Source: an uncultured Serinicoccus sp. (GTDB taxonomy: Bacteria; Actinomycetota; Actinomycetes; Actinomycetales; Dermatophilaceae). Taken from it: 64,000 nucleotides of DNA. The translations under genes were made by a program, and so were the position numbers. The DNA lies in contig NZ_CANKYH010000011.1 in assembly GCF_947487915.1 (NCBI RefSeq), positions 9,919-73,918 of the forward strand. Reading direction: 5' to 3'. Shown piece after piece: positions 1 through 8,940 of this stretch (its first letter is position 1; each line of letters begins with the position of its first letter). Below the pieces are notes generated by a model. The model was not told the origin of the DNA and ran no database searches. It saw only the letters and a program-made list of their open reading frames with translations.

Positions 1-84
1 GGCGATCTCGAGAGCGGCGGCGCGGGCGACCTCGACCGCCCCGGTCAGGACGGCGTCGCTCTTCGGGCTCCTGGCGGTCGGCAT
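1..84 (-). CDS. DUF3027-like protein, N-terminal fragment (runs off window)
   Basis: ATG at 84 reads MPTARSPKSDAVLTGAVEVARAAALEIA; directly downstream of the cold-shock gene, the usual position of DUF3027 in actinobacteria. Confidence 0.6.
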   Translation of the reverse strand, partial: MPTARSPKSDAVLTGAVEVARAAALEIA

Positions 85-89
85 CCGGT

Positions 90-491
90 CTACTTTCCCG
101 CCTCGAACTGGTCGGCGACCGCGCGCAGCGCCTTCGCCATGGCCGTGCCGTGCGGGCGGTCGGGGTAGTGCCCCCGGCGCAGCGACGTGGACGCCTGGTC
201 CAGCAGGGTGATGAGGTCCTCCACGACGACCACCATCTCCTCGGCCGGCTTGCGGTCCCGCATCGACAGGCCGCGGGAGACCGAGGGCGCCGGTTCCATG
301 AGCCGCACGTGCAGCGCCTGGTCACCGCGCTTGCCGGCGACGATGTCGAACTCGACCCTGCTGCCGCGCTCCAGGGCTCCGACGCCGTCGGGCAGCGCGG
401 AGCGGGGTACGTAGACGTCGTTGCCCTCGTCGCTGGACAGGAAGCCGAAGCCCTTGTCCTCGTCGAAGAACCTGACCTTGCCGGTAGGCAC
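90..491 (-). CDS. Cold-shock domain protein with C-terminal extension
   Basis: VPTGKVRFFDEDKGFGFL (RNP1) ... DVYV; GTG start at 491 chosen. Confidence 0.9.
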   Translation of the reverse strand: MPTGKVRFFDEDKGFGFLSSDEGNDVYVPRSALPDGVGALERGSRVEFDIVAGKRGDQALHVRLMEPAPSVSRGLSMRDRKPAEEMVVVVEDLITLLDQASTSLRRGHYPDRPHGTAMAKALRAVADQFEAGK

Positions 492-647
492 GGAGCACCT
501 CACGAAGGGTGTGGGGGATGAACGGGATCCACCGAGGATATCCCGCGTGACGGCGCGGGTCGAATGGCTTCCCCCGGGGCAGACCTCACCCCCGGTGCCG
601 GATGGGCGGCACCGGGGGTGAGGCGACTCGCGTGTCGCCCCGAGCGA

Positions 648-1913
648 CTAGACGCGGGCCTCCTCAGCGATGGGGTCGTAGGAGGCATCCCCCTCACTGA
701 AGGCATAGGCGGACTCGCTGTGCTCGGACAGGTCGATGCCGCGCTCCTCGTCCTCCGGGCTGACCCGGAAGCCGATGGTCCGGGCGATGACGAGCGCGAT
801 GAGCGTCGTCATGATGCCGGTGTAGAGCAGGGTGAACACGGTGGCCACGAGCTGGGCGACCATCTGGTCCATGCCGCCGCCGTAGAACAGGCCGCCGCCC
901 TCGCCCTCCACCGGCAGGGCCAGGAAGCCGAGCATGACGGTGCCGATGATGCCGGCCACGAGGTGCACGCCCACGACGTCCAGCGCGTCGTCGTAGCCGA
1001 ACCGGTACTTCAGGCCGACGGCGAGCGCCGAGCCGATCCCGGCGACCACGCCGAGGAGCAGCGCGCCCAGCGGGGAGACGCTGGCGCAGGCCGGGGTGAT
1101 GGCGACCAGACCGGCCACGACACCGGAGGCGGCGCCGATCGAGGTGGCGTGGCCGTCGCGGAGCTTCTCGGTGACCAGCCAGGCGAGCATCGCCGCGGCC
1201 GGGGCGGCCAGGGTGTTGACCCAGATGAGACCGGCCTCCTCCGCGGAGCCCGCGGCGCCGCCGTTGAAGCCGAACCAGCCGAACCACAGCAGGGCGGTGC
1301 CGATCATGACGAGCGGGATGTTGTGCGGCTTGTGGAAGCCCTTGGCGAAGCCGGCGCGCGAGCCGATCACGTAGACGAGGACGAGCGCGGCCAGCCCGGC
1401 GTTGATGTGGACGACCAGGCCGCCGGCGAAGTCGATGGCCTCGCCGAAGGTGCTGCCGATCCAGCCGTCGGCCGAGAGCAGACCGCCACCCCAGACCATG
1501 AAGGCCAGGGGGCAGTAGACGAGGGTGACCCAGACGGGGACGAAGACCATCCAGGACACGAAGCGGGTGCGGTCGGCGATGGCGCCGGAGATGAGGGCGA
1601 CCGTGATGATCGCGAAGGTCGCGCCGAAGCCGATGCCGATGAGGTCGCCGGTGCCGACGGAGCCGGCGAGCCCGAAGTCACCGGCCGGGTTGCCGACGAT
1701 GCCCCCGAGCAGCGGCGGGGCCGAGCTCATGCCGTAGCCCCACAGGACCCAGATGACGCCGACCAGGCCGATGGAGACGAAGGACATCATCACCATGTTG
1801 AGCGCGGCCTTGGCCCGGGCCATGCCGCCGTAGAAGAACGCGAGACCGGGGGTCATGAGCAGCACGAGCGCCGCGGACACCATGACCCAGACATCGCTTG
1901 TCGAGAGTTCCAT
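648..1913 (-). CDS. amtB: Ammonium transporter
   Basis: LLMTPGLAFFYGG, DFAGGLVVH, WFGWFGFNGG and DDALDVVGVH motifs; both pore His present; GGAGG RBS. Confidence 0.97.
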   Translation of the reverse strand: MELSTSDVWVMVSAALVLLMTPGLAFFYGGMARAKAALNMVMMSFVSIGLVGVIWVLWGYGMSSAPPLLGGIVGNPAGDFGLAGSVGTGDLIGIGFGATFAIITVALISGAIADRTRFVSWMVFVPVWVTLVYCPLAFMVWGGGLLSADGWIGSTFGEAIDFAGGLVVHINAGLAALVLVYVIGSRAGFAKGFHKPHNIPLVMIGTALLWFGWFGFNGGAAGSAEEAGLIWVNTLAAPAAAMLAWLVTEKLRDGHATSIGAASGVVAGLVAITPACASVSPLGALLLGVVAGIGSALAVGLKYRFGYDDALDVVGVHLVAGIIGTVMLGFLALPVEGEGGGLFYGGGMDQMVAQLVATVFTLLYTGIMTTLIALVIARTIGFRVSPEDEERGIDLSEHSESAYAFSEGDASYDPIAEEARV

Positions 1914-2037
1914 CGTTGTGCCTCCAGTGAGTGGTGCGGACGAGCGGCCTCCCTGGGGTCACGTCGTCGGGGTGGGAGGTCACGTCGCTGTGGGCACCAG
2001 TCAAGACCCGCCATGTTTCAGGACCAGGCGCATCCGC

Positions 2038-2073
2038 GTAACAACTGTGTTGCCGATGTTTCCGTCGCGTAAA
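2038..2073 (-). promoter_or_regulatory. Putative GlnR boxes upstream of amtB
   Basis: Minus strand TTTAC-N6-GAAAC-N4-GCAAC-N6-GTTAC, i.e. two AC-N9-AC units resembling gTnAc-n6-GaAAc; extra GAAAC at 2015-2019. Confidence 0.65.
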
Positions 2074-2102
2074 TCTTTCCCGATACCGCTGTCGCCCCGA
2101 CC

Positions 2103-3119
2103 TCACGGGGCTCGGAGGAGGGCGTGCGCGCGGGTCAGCCGCGCCCGCCACCAGGACTCGCGCCCCGCGTCCATCCGGTATGCCGTGAGCGCGGCCGGGT
2201 CGACCGAGGCCCGGGCCGCGTCGGCCCGGGCGACGGTGAGCCCGCCCCCCACCGGCACGAGCGGCTCGGCGACGACGTCGGCGGCCAGCAGGGCGCCGGT
2301 GCCCAGGCCGCAGTCGTGCTCCAGGACCGGCAGCGCCGCGGCGAGCCGCACCCCCAGGGCCAGCCCCACCGAGGTGTCCAGCGCGGAGGAGACCACGGCG
2401 GGCAACCCGGCCTGCTCGATGATCTCCAGCGCCCGCGCGACGCCGCCCAGCGGCGCCGCCTTGACCACGACCAGGTCGGCCGCCCCCCGCCGGGCGACCT
2501 CCAGCGGGTCCTCGGCGCGGCGCACCGACTCGTCCGCGGCGACGGGGACGTCGACCCCGGCCCGCGCCAGCGCCAGCCGGAGGGCGGCCAGCTCGGCGAC
2601 CGTGGCGCACGGCTGCTCGGCATACTCCAGCCCCGTCGGCGCGAGCGCCGTGAGCGCCCGGACGGCGTCCTCCACGGACCAGGCGCCGTTCGCGTCGACG
2701 CGGATCCGGGCGGCCGGGCCGAGGACGCGCCGCACCTCGCGGACCCGGGCGACGTCGTCGGTCAGCCCCTGGCCCTTCTCCGCCACCTTGACCTTGGCGG
2801 TCCGGCGCGCGTCGTACCGGGCGAGCACCTGCGCGACCTCGCGGGCGGCGACCGCCGGCACGGTCGCGTTGACCCCCACCGCGTCGCGCACCGGGGCCGG
2901 CAGCCCGCCCCAGCCGGCCTCCACCGCCGCTCCGAGCCAGCGCGCGGCGTCCGCGTCGGCATACTCGGTGAACGGTGCCCACTCGGCCCACCCGTGCGGC
3001 CCGCGCAGCAGCACCGCCTCCCGCTCGGTCACCCCGCGGAAGCGCACCCGCAGCGGCAGGACCACCACGTGCGCGGCTGCCAGCAGGTCGTCCAGGTCGG
3101 GGGTCGGCGTCGGGGGCAC
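2103..3119 (-). CDS. menC: o-succinylbenzoate synthase
   Basis: Enolase-family TAKVKVA, RIRVDANG, YAEQP, VAADES motifs; men cluster; TACCCT-N6-GTG. Confidence 0.95.
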   Translation of the reverse strand: MPPTPTPDLDDLLAAAHVVVLPLRVRFRGVTEREAVLLRGPHGWAEWAPFTEYADADAARWLGAAVEAGWGGLPAPVRDAVGVNATVPAVAAREVAQVLARYDARRTAKVKVAEKGQGLTDDVARVREVRRVLGPAARIRVDANGAWSVEDAVRALTALAPTGLEYAEQPCATVAELAALRLALARAGVDVPVAADESVRRAEDPLEVARRGAADLVVVKAAPLGGVARALEIIEQAGLPAVVSSALDTSVGLALGVRLAAALPVLEHDCGLGTGALLAADVVAEPLVPVGGGLTVARADAARASVDPAALTAYRMDAGRESWWRARLTRAHALLRAP

Positions 3120-3215
3120 GGCCCCAGGGTAGGCGTGACCACCAGCCCGGGCTCACGGACAGCGGCTGACCGGGTCCCAGAGCACACTGAGGTCCTCGAC
3201 AGAAAGGGACACCCC

Positions 3216-3626
3216 ATGGCACTGAAGTGGTACACCGTCGTCGTCGACTGCGCGGACCCCCAGGCGCTGGCCCGCTGGTGGGCGGAGGCGCTGGACTGGC
3301 TGGTGGTCTTCGACACCCCGGAGGAGGCGGTGGCGGTCCCGCGCCAGGCCATGGAGGCTCCGCAGCACGAGCCCGACCTCGAGGCGTGGATGCAGCGGGG
3401 CCAGGGCCTGGTCTTCGTCCCGGTCCCGGAGGGCAAGGAGGTCAAGAACCGGCTGCACCTCGACCTCGCCCCGCACACCAGCCAGGACCGCGACGCCGAG
3501 ATCCAGCGGCTCATCGACCTCGGCGCGACCCGCGTGGACGTGGGTCAGACCGAGGAGCACACCTGGACGGTGCTGGCCGACCCCGAGGGCAACGAGTTCT
3601 GCGTGCTGTCGACCCGCGACGGCTGA
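3216..3626 (+). CDS. VOC/glyoxalase-like protein
   Basis: VVVDCADPQALARWW, KNRLHLDL, VLADPEGNEFCV; RBS GAAAGGGA. Confidence 0.9.
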   Translation: MALKWYTVVVDCADPQALARWWAEALDWLVVFDTPEEAVAVPRQAMEAPQHEPDLEAWMQRGQGLVFVPVPEGKEVKNRLHLDLAPHTSQDRDAEIQRLIDLGATRVDVGQTEEHTWTVLADPEGNEFCVLSTRDG

Positions 3627-3648
3627 GCCGCGCGCCGACCGCGCCCTC

Positions 3649-4836
3649 TCAGCAGCCGTCGCCGGGGTGCACGTACCACTCCGGCAGGTCCCCGGCGTAC
3701 GCCTGTGCGACGTCCGGCGTCCCCGTGGCACGCCAGTCGACGACGGCGTCGACCTCAGGCTCGTGCTTGCGCCACTCGAACCAGTTGACCATCTGCAACC
3801 GGGGGAAGTCCCGGTGCACGGAGGGATCGACGAGCTGGGACCACCAGGCGCGCTTCACCGCCAGCTCGTCCGCGCCGGGCCCGCCCGGGCGGAAGAAGGC
3901 TGCTGTCTCGGGGATGCCGAGGGGTTTGCCGCGCTCCTCGGCGTAGTCCGCGTAGAAGTCGGGGACGGCACTCTCGTCACCGGCAGCCCCGACGTAGGTG
4001 CCGGTGAGCTGGTCGACGAACTTGTCCTCCTCCGGCACGACGTTGTCGCCCCACGGGTGGGAGTCGCCCCAGTGGTAGAGCGACATACCGACCCAGTCCA
4101 CGGCCTCGTCGCCGGGGTAGTACGGGGCATACGGGTCGTCACCCTCGTCGACCGTCCCGTCGGCGGAGGTGTCGAGGATCCCGTAGGCCTCGGACCCGGG
4201 TGGGGCGGCGTGCGCACCACCGGTGAAGGGGTACCCCCCGCCGTAGTTGGGCGCCCACATCATGGCGCTGCCCGGGGCCTCGCGGTGGACCGCCCCGGCG
4301 ACCCGGCGGAAGGCCTCCCGGAAAGCCTCCGGTTGCTGGCCCCAGGGGTACCAGGACCCGTTCATCTCGTGCGCGAAGCGCACGATGACGGGGACACCGT
4401 CGCGGTTGTAGCCGTCCAGCAGCGCGGCGAGGGCAGCGACCGCCTCGTCGGTGACGTCGTCGAGCCCCCCGTGCGGTTCGAGCGTGAGCAGCAGCATGCC
4501 GCCGTTGGCCCGGACCTGGTCCTTCGCCGCCGTGACGTGGGCCTCGTCCTGGGACTCCAGCGGGAAGCGCGAGAAGCTCACCGCCACGGCCGGCCGCTCG
4601 CCGAGCCGTTCGGCGTACTCCGCGAGGAGGTCACGCTCCCAGTCCAGGTTGACCCCGGCCAGGACGCCGGAGGCGGGTGCCAGTCCGTCCTCCAGCGGCA
4701 GGCACCCGGCCGCTGGCGGCGGGGTCGACACCGTCTCGTCCTCCGACCCCGGCCCGGTCAGAGGTGGCACCGCGCAGGCCCCCAGGAGCACGGTGGCGAC
4801 GACGGGGAGGGCGATGCGGCTCACTCGCGTGGACAC
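3649..4836 (-). CDS. Glycoside hydrolase family 26 lipoprotein
   Basis: Lipobox LLGAC; RFAHEMNGSWYPW (acid/base Glu) and KPLGIPET (nucleophile Glu); TACGTT-N6-GTG. Confidence 0.85.
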   Translation of the reverse strand: MSTRVSRIALPVVATVLLGACAVPPLTGPGSEDETVSTPPPAAGCLPLEDGLAPASGVLAGVNLDWERDLLAEYAERLGERPAVAVSFSRFPLESQDEAHVTAAKDQVRANGGMLLLTLEPHGGLDDVTDEAVAALAALLDGYNRDGVPVIVRFAHEMNGSWYPWGQQPEAFREAFRRVAGAVHREAPGSAMMWAPNYGGGYPFTGGAHAAPPGSEAYGILDTSADGTVDEGDDPYAPYYPGDEAVDWVGMSLYHWGDSHPWGDNVVPEEDKFVDQLTGTYVGAAGDESAVPDFYADYAEERGKPLGIPETAAFFRPGGPGADELAVKRAWWSQLVDPSVHRDFPRLQMVNWFEWRKHEPEVDAVVDWRATGTPDVAQAYAGDLPEWYVHPGDGC

Positions 4837-4905
4837 CGCCCCAACGTAACCGGACGCCTCGGTGCCCCGGCGGGCCGGGGTCGGCCACCGCCTAGGCTGA
4901 CCTGC

Positions 4906-5847
4906 GTGAACGATGAGAGCAGCCAGGCAGGCCACCCCTTCGACCCCGACCAGTGGGAGGCGGTCGAGGGCTTCGACCTCACCGACGTCACCTACCACCG
5001 GCACCGCGAGCTGGGCTGCGTCCGCATCGCCTTCGACCGACCGGAGGTCCGCAACGCCTTCCGCCCGCACACCGTCGACGAGCTCTACCGCACCCTCGAC
5101 CACGCCCGGATGACCCCGGACGTCGGCGTGGTCCTGCTCACCGGCAACGGACCCTCGCCCAGGGACGGGGGGTGGGCGTTCTGCTCCGGCGGCGACCAAC
5201 GGATCCGCGGCCGGAGCGGCTACCAGTACTCCTCCTCCCCCGGTGCCGACCCCACCCGCGACGGGGTGGACGAGGCCCGGGTCCGCGCCGAGGGCGGGCG
5301 GCTGCACATCCTGGAGGTGCAGCGGCTCATCCGCACCATGCCCAAGGTGGTCGTGGCGGTGGTCGGTGGCTGGGCGGCCGGAGGCGGGCACAGCCTGCAC
5401 GTCGTCTGCGACCTGACGATCGCCTCCCGGCAGCACGCCCGGTTCAAGCAGACCGACGCCGACGTCGGCAGCTTCGACGCCGGCTACGGATCGGCATACC
5501 TCGCCAAGATGGTGGGCCAGAAGAACGCGCGCGAGATCTTCTTCCTCGGCCGCGCCTACGACGCCGAGCAGATGCAGCGGATGGGGGCGGTCAACATCGT
5601 GGCCGACCACGCCGCGCTGGAGACCGAGGCGGTGCAGGCGGCCCGCGAGATCCTCGGCAAGAGCCCGACCGCCCAGCGGATGCTCAAGTTCGCGCTCAAC
5701 CTCACCGACGACGGCCTCATGGGCCAGCAGGTCTTCGCCGGCGAGGCGACCCGGCTGGCCTACATGACCGACGAGGCGGTCGAGGGCCGCGACTCCTTCC
5801 TGGAGAAGCGCGAGCCGGACTGGCGCGCCTACCCCTGGTACTTCTGA
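4906..5847 (+). CDS. menB: 1,4-dihydroxy-2-naphthoyl-CoA synthase
   Basis: AFCSGGDQRIRG, GWAAGGGHSLHVVCDL, GSFDAGYGS; TAGGCT-N7-GTG. Confidence 0.97.
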   Translation: MNDESSQAGHPFDPDQWEAVEGFDLTDVTYHRHRELGCVRIAFDRPEVRNAFRPHTVDELYRTLDHARMTPDVGVVLLTGNGPSPRDGGWAFCSGGDQRIRGRSGYQYSSSPGADPTRDGVDEARVRAEGGRLHILEVQRLIRTMPKVVVAVVGGWAAGGGHSLHVVCDLTIASRQHARFKQTDADVGSFDAGYGSAYLAKMVGQKNAREIFFLGRAYDAEQMQRMGAVNIVADHAALETEAVQAAREILGKSPTAQRMLKFALNLTDDGLMGQQVFAGEATRLAYMTDEAVEGRDSFLEKREPDWRAYPWYF

Positions 5848-5947
5848 GCTGCCTGCCCCCGGGGCGTCCGCGCCCAGGGGTGCCGGCGCCCCACCGTGAG
5901 AGGATGACGAGGCCGATCACGGCCGCGACCAGGGAGGACCTTCCGCG

Positions 5948-6583
5948 ATGCGACGCTCATTCATGGCTCTGCTGGCCGCCCCCGCCCTGTTCCTCACGGC
6001 CTGCGACGGCGGCGCGGAGGTCGTCGAGGCCACCTCGGAGGGCACGGACGACGCGGCCCTGACCAGCGGGGCCGGTGCCTCCGACGGGGACGTCGCCACC
6101 GCCGACCCGGACGACGCCGGCGACGACGCCGCGGTGACCAGCGCCGCGCCCGAGGGGGTGGAGGGCGGCGAGGCGGGTCAGGCCGCCGCCGACCGCGCCA
6201 AGGAGTTCCTGCTCGCCCTGGTCGACGCGGACCCGGCGGCCTGCGGCCTCATGCTCTCCTTCACCGACACCAGCCGGCCGATGGCCCAGGTGCCGGAGGA
6301 CCTCGAGCTCTGCGAGGAGCAGCTGCCCGAGACCATGTCGGCCGCCGTCGAGGCCCAGGGGCTCGGCGAGGAGGGCCGCGACATCCTCGGCGCGATGCAG
6401 CTGCGGGGCGCCGAGATCAGTGCCGAGGGCGACACGGCCCTCATCGACGAGGACAACTACTCCGAGCTCTTCGCCGAGTCGATGGGTGAGTCGACGATCA
6501 CCCTGGTCCGGATCGACGGCGAGTGGTTCGTCGACGTCGAGCGCTTCCTGCAGACCCCCGAGCCCGGTGGCGGCGGACGCTGA
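5948..6583 (+). CDS. Acidic hypothetical lipoprotein
   Basis: Signal peptide with lipobox LTAC, GGAGG RBS, GC3-biased codons. Confidence 0.7.
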   Translation: MRRSFMALLAAPALFLTACDGGAEVVEATSEGTDDAALTSGAGASDGDVATADPDDAGDDAAVTSAAPEGVEGGEAGQAAADRAKEFLLALVDADPAACGLMLSFTDTSRPMAQVPEDLELCEEQLPETMSAAVEAQGLGEEGRDILGAMQLRGAEISAEGDTALIDEDNYSELFAESMGESTITLVRIDGEWFVDVERFLQTPEPGGGGR

Positions 6584-7727
6584 CGACCTGGTCGTGCCGC
6601 CCGGCGCGACCTGGACCGACCTCGGGCCGCCGCTGCGACGGCTCATGACCGGTGCCCAGCAGCGGCCGGTCGTCGTGTCGACCTCCGGATCCAGCGGCAC
6701 GCCGAAGCGGGTGCGGCTGCCCGCGGCCGCGCTGCGCGCCTCGGGCACCGGCACCGCCGAGCGGCTCGGCGGGCACGGCCAGTGGGTGCTCGCCCTGCCC
6801 ACCCACCACGTCGCCGGGCTGCAGGTCCTCGCCCGGTCGGCGCTGGCCGGCACCGAGCCGGTCGAGCTGGATGCCGCGCGACCGTTCACCGCGGAGGTCC
6901 TCGCCGCGGCCGTCGGGAGGCTGGACCCCAACACCCGCCGCTACGCCTCGCTCGTCCCGACCCAGCTGCACCGGGCGCTCGCCGACCCCGAGGGCGTGGC
7001 CGCGCTGCGGGACCTGGACGCGGTCCTCGTGGGCGGTGCGGCCACCGACGACGCGCTGCTGGCGCGGGCCCGGGCGGCCGGCGCCCGCGTCGTCACGACG
7101 TACGGCATGTCCGAGACCTGCGGCGGCTGCGTCTACGACGGGGTGCCGCTGCCCGGGGTCCGGGTCGAGGTGACCGTGGAGGGCCGCGTCCGGCTGGGCG
7201 GGCCGGTGCTGGCGGAGGGTTACGTCGACGACGCGGACCGCACGGCGCGGTCCTTCGTCACCGACGCGTCCGGCCGGTGGTTCCTCACCGAGGACCGCGG
7301 GGTATGCCGTGCCGGCCGCCTCACCGTGCTCGGCCGGGTCGACGACGTCGTCCTCACGGGCGGGCACAAGGTCGAGCCGCGCGACGTGGAGACGGCGCTG
7401 CGGGCGCTGCCGGGCGTGCGGGACGCGCTGGTCGTCGGCGTGCCGGACGCCGAGTGGGGCCAGCGGGTGGCCGCCCTGGTCACCCTGGAGCACGGCCCGG
7501 GGCCGCCCGCCACCCGTCGCGACGCCGGCGCCGAGCAGCACCGCGGCGACCCCCCGACGGGTGCGGACCTGCGCGCCGCCCTGCGCCGGAGCCTGCCCGC
7601 GCACGCGGTGCCGCGGCAGGTCGAGGTGGTGGACGGCATACCTGCGCTGCCCACCGGCAAGCCGGACCGGGCGGCGGCGCGTCGACTGCTCGACGCGGGT
7701 GGCAGAATGAAGCCTCACCTGCACTGA
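6567..7727 (+). CDS. menE: o-succinylbenzoate-CoA ligase
   Basis: STSGSSGTPK P-loop, TTYGMSETCGG, TEDRG, GRVDD and TGKPDR adenylation motifs; start uncertain. Confidence 0.9.
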   Translation: MAADADDLVVPPGATWTDLGPPLRRLMTGAQQRPVVVSTSGSSGTPKRVRLPAAALRASGTGTAERLGGHGQWVLALPTHHVAGLQVLARSALAGTEPVELDAARPFTAEVLAAAVGRLDPNTRRYASLVPTQLHRALADPEGVAALRDLDAVLVGGAATDDALLARARAAGARVVTTYGMSETCGGCVYDGVPLPGVRVEVTVEGRVRLGGPVLAEGYVDDADRTARSFVTDASGRWFLTEDRGVCRAGRLTVLGRVDDVVLTGGHKVEPRDVETALRALPGVRDALVVGVPDAEWGQRVAALVTLEHGPGPPATRRDAGAEQHRGDPPTGADLRAALRRSLPAHAVPRQVEVVDGIPALPTGKPDRAAARRLLDAGGRMKPHLH

Positions 7728-7744
7728 CGTGGAAGGAGGCAGAC

Positions 7745-8023
7745 GTGCTCCGCGTCGTCGTCGCCGTAGCGCTCCTGGCGTTCGTCGTCTTCACCGTCGT
7801 CGACGCCGTGCAGACCGACAAGCACGAGGTGCGCGGTCTGCCCAAGCCGGTGTGGGTCGTCGTGTGCGTGATCCTCCCGGGCCTCGGCGGCCTGGCCTGG
7901 CTCGTCGCCGGGCGCCCCCGCAGCCTGCTCGACATCATCTTCGGGGACCGGGGCGGACGCTCCGGGCGCCCCCGCGGCCCGCTCGGGCCGGACGACGACC
8001 CCGACTTCCTGCGAGACCTGTAG
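7745..8023 (+). CDS. PLDc_N-type small membrane protein
   Basis: VRGLPKPVWVVVCVILPGLGGLAWL and C-terminal GPDDDPDFL; usual menE-menA neighbour. Confidence 0.85.
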   Translation: MLRVVVAVALLAFVVFTVVDAVQTDKHEVRGLPKPVWVVVCVILPGLGGLAWLVAGRPRSLLDIIFGDRGGRSGRPRGPLGPDDDPDFLRDL

Positions 8024-8033
8024 GAGCCCGCCG

Positions 8034-8909
8034 ATGGCCACCCTCGCCCAGTGGATCGAGGGCGCGCGACCGCGCACCCTCCCCGCCGCGCTCGCCCCCG
8101 TGCTCGTCGGCACCGCCGCCGCAGATGCCCTCGGCGCCGCGGACCTCGGTCTCGCGGTGCTGGCGCTGTGCGTCGCGCTCGGCTTCCAGATCGGCGTCAA
8201 CTACGCCAACGACTACTCAGACGGGATCCGCGGCACCGACGAGGACCGGGTCGGACCGGTCCGGCTGGTCGGGCAGCGGCTGGCCGACCCCGCCAACGTC
8301 CGGACCGCCGCGTTCGCCGCGTTCTTCGGCGCGGGCCTGTGCGGCCTGACGCTCGTGGCGCTGTCCGGGGCGTGGCTGCTCATCGTCCTCGGCGCGCTGG
8401 CCGTGTGGGCGGCCTGGCACTACACCGGGGGCGCCAAGCCCTACGGCTACCGCGGGCTCGGCGAGGTCATGGTCTTCGTCTTCTTCGGGCTCGTCGCCGT
8501 GCTCGGCACCACCTGGACCCAGGCGCAGGCCCTCGACCTCGCGGCCCTCGGCGGCGCGGTCGGCTGCGGCCTGCTGGCCAGCGCCATCCTCGTCACCAAC
8601 AACCTGCGCGACCTCGAGGGCGACCGGGCCGCGGGCAAGCGCACCCTCGCCGTCCGCATCGGCTTCCGGCGCACCCGCCGGCTCTACGCCGGGCTCCTCG
8701 TCGGCGCCTTCGCCGCGGTCCTGGTCGCTGCGCTGGCCCACCCCCTGGCGCTGCTCGGCCTGCTCGCCGCCCCGCTGGCCTGGCGCCCCTACCGCCTCGT
8801 CACCGACCCCGACGCCTACGGCCCGGCGCTGCTGCCCGCGCTGGCGCAGACCGGCGTCCTGCAGCTGGGGTATGCCGTCGCCCTCTCGGTCGGCCTCGTC
8901 CTGTCCTGA
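8034..8909 (+). CDS. menA: 1,4-dihydroxy-2-naphthoate polyprenyltransferase
   Basis: GARPRTL, NYANDYSDGIRGTD, NNLRDLEGD UbiA-family motifs. Confidence 0.96.
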   Translation: MATLAQWIEGARPRTLPAALAPVLVGTAAADALGAADLGLAVLALCVALGFQIGVNYANDYSDGIRGTDEDRVGPVRLVGQRLADPANVRTAAFAAFFGAGLCGLTLVALSGAWLLIVLGALAVWAAWHYTGGAKPYGYRGLGEVMVFVFFGLVAVLGTTWTQAQALDLAALGGAVGCGLLASAILVTNNLRDLEGDRAAGKRTLAVRIGFRRTRRLYAGLLVGAFAAVLVAALAHPLALLGLLAAPLAWRPYRLVTDPDAYGPALLPALAQTGVLQLGYAVALSVGLVLS

Positions 8910-8940
8910 GGCGCCCGCGGTCCGCGGCCGCAGCCCCGCC

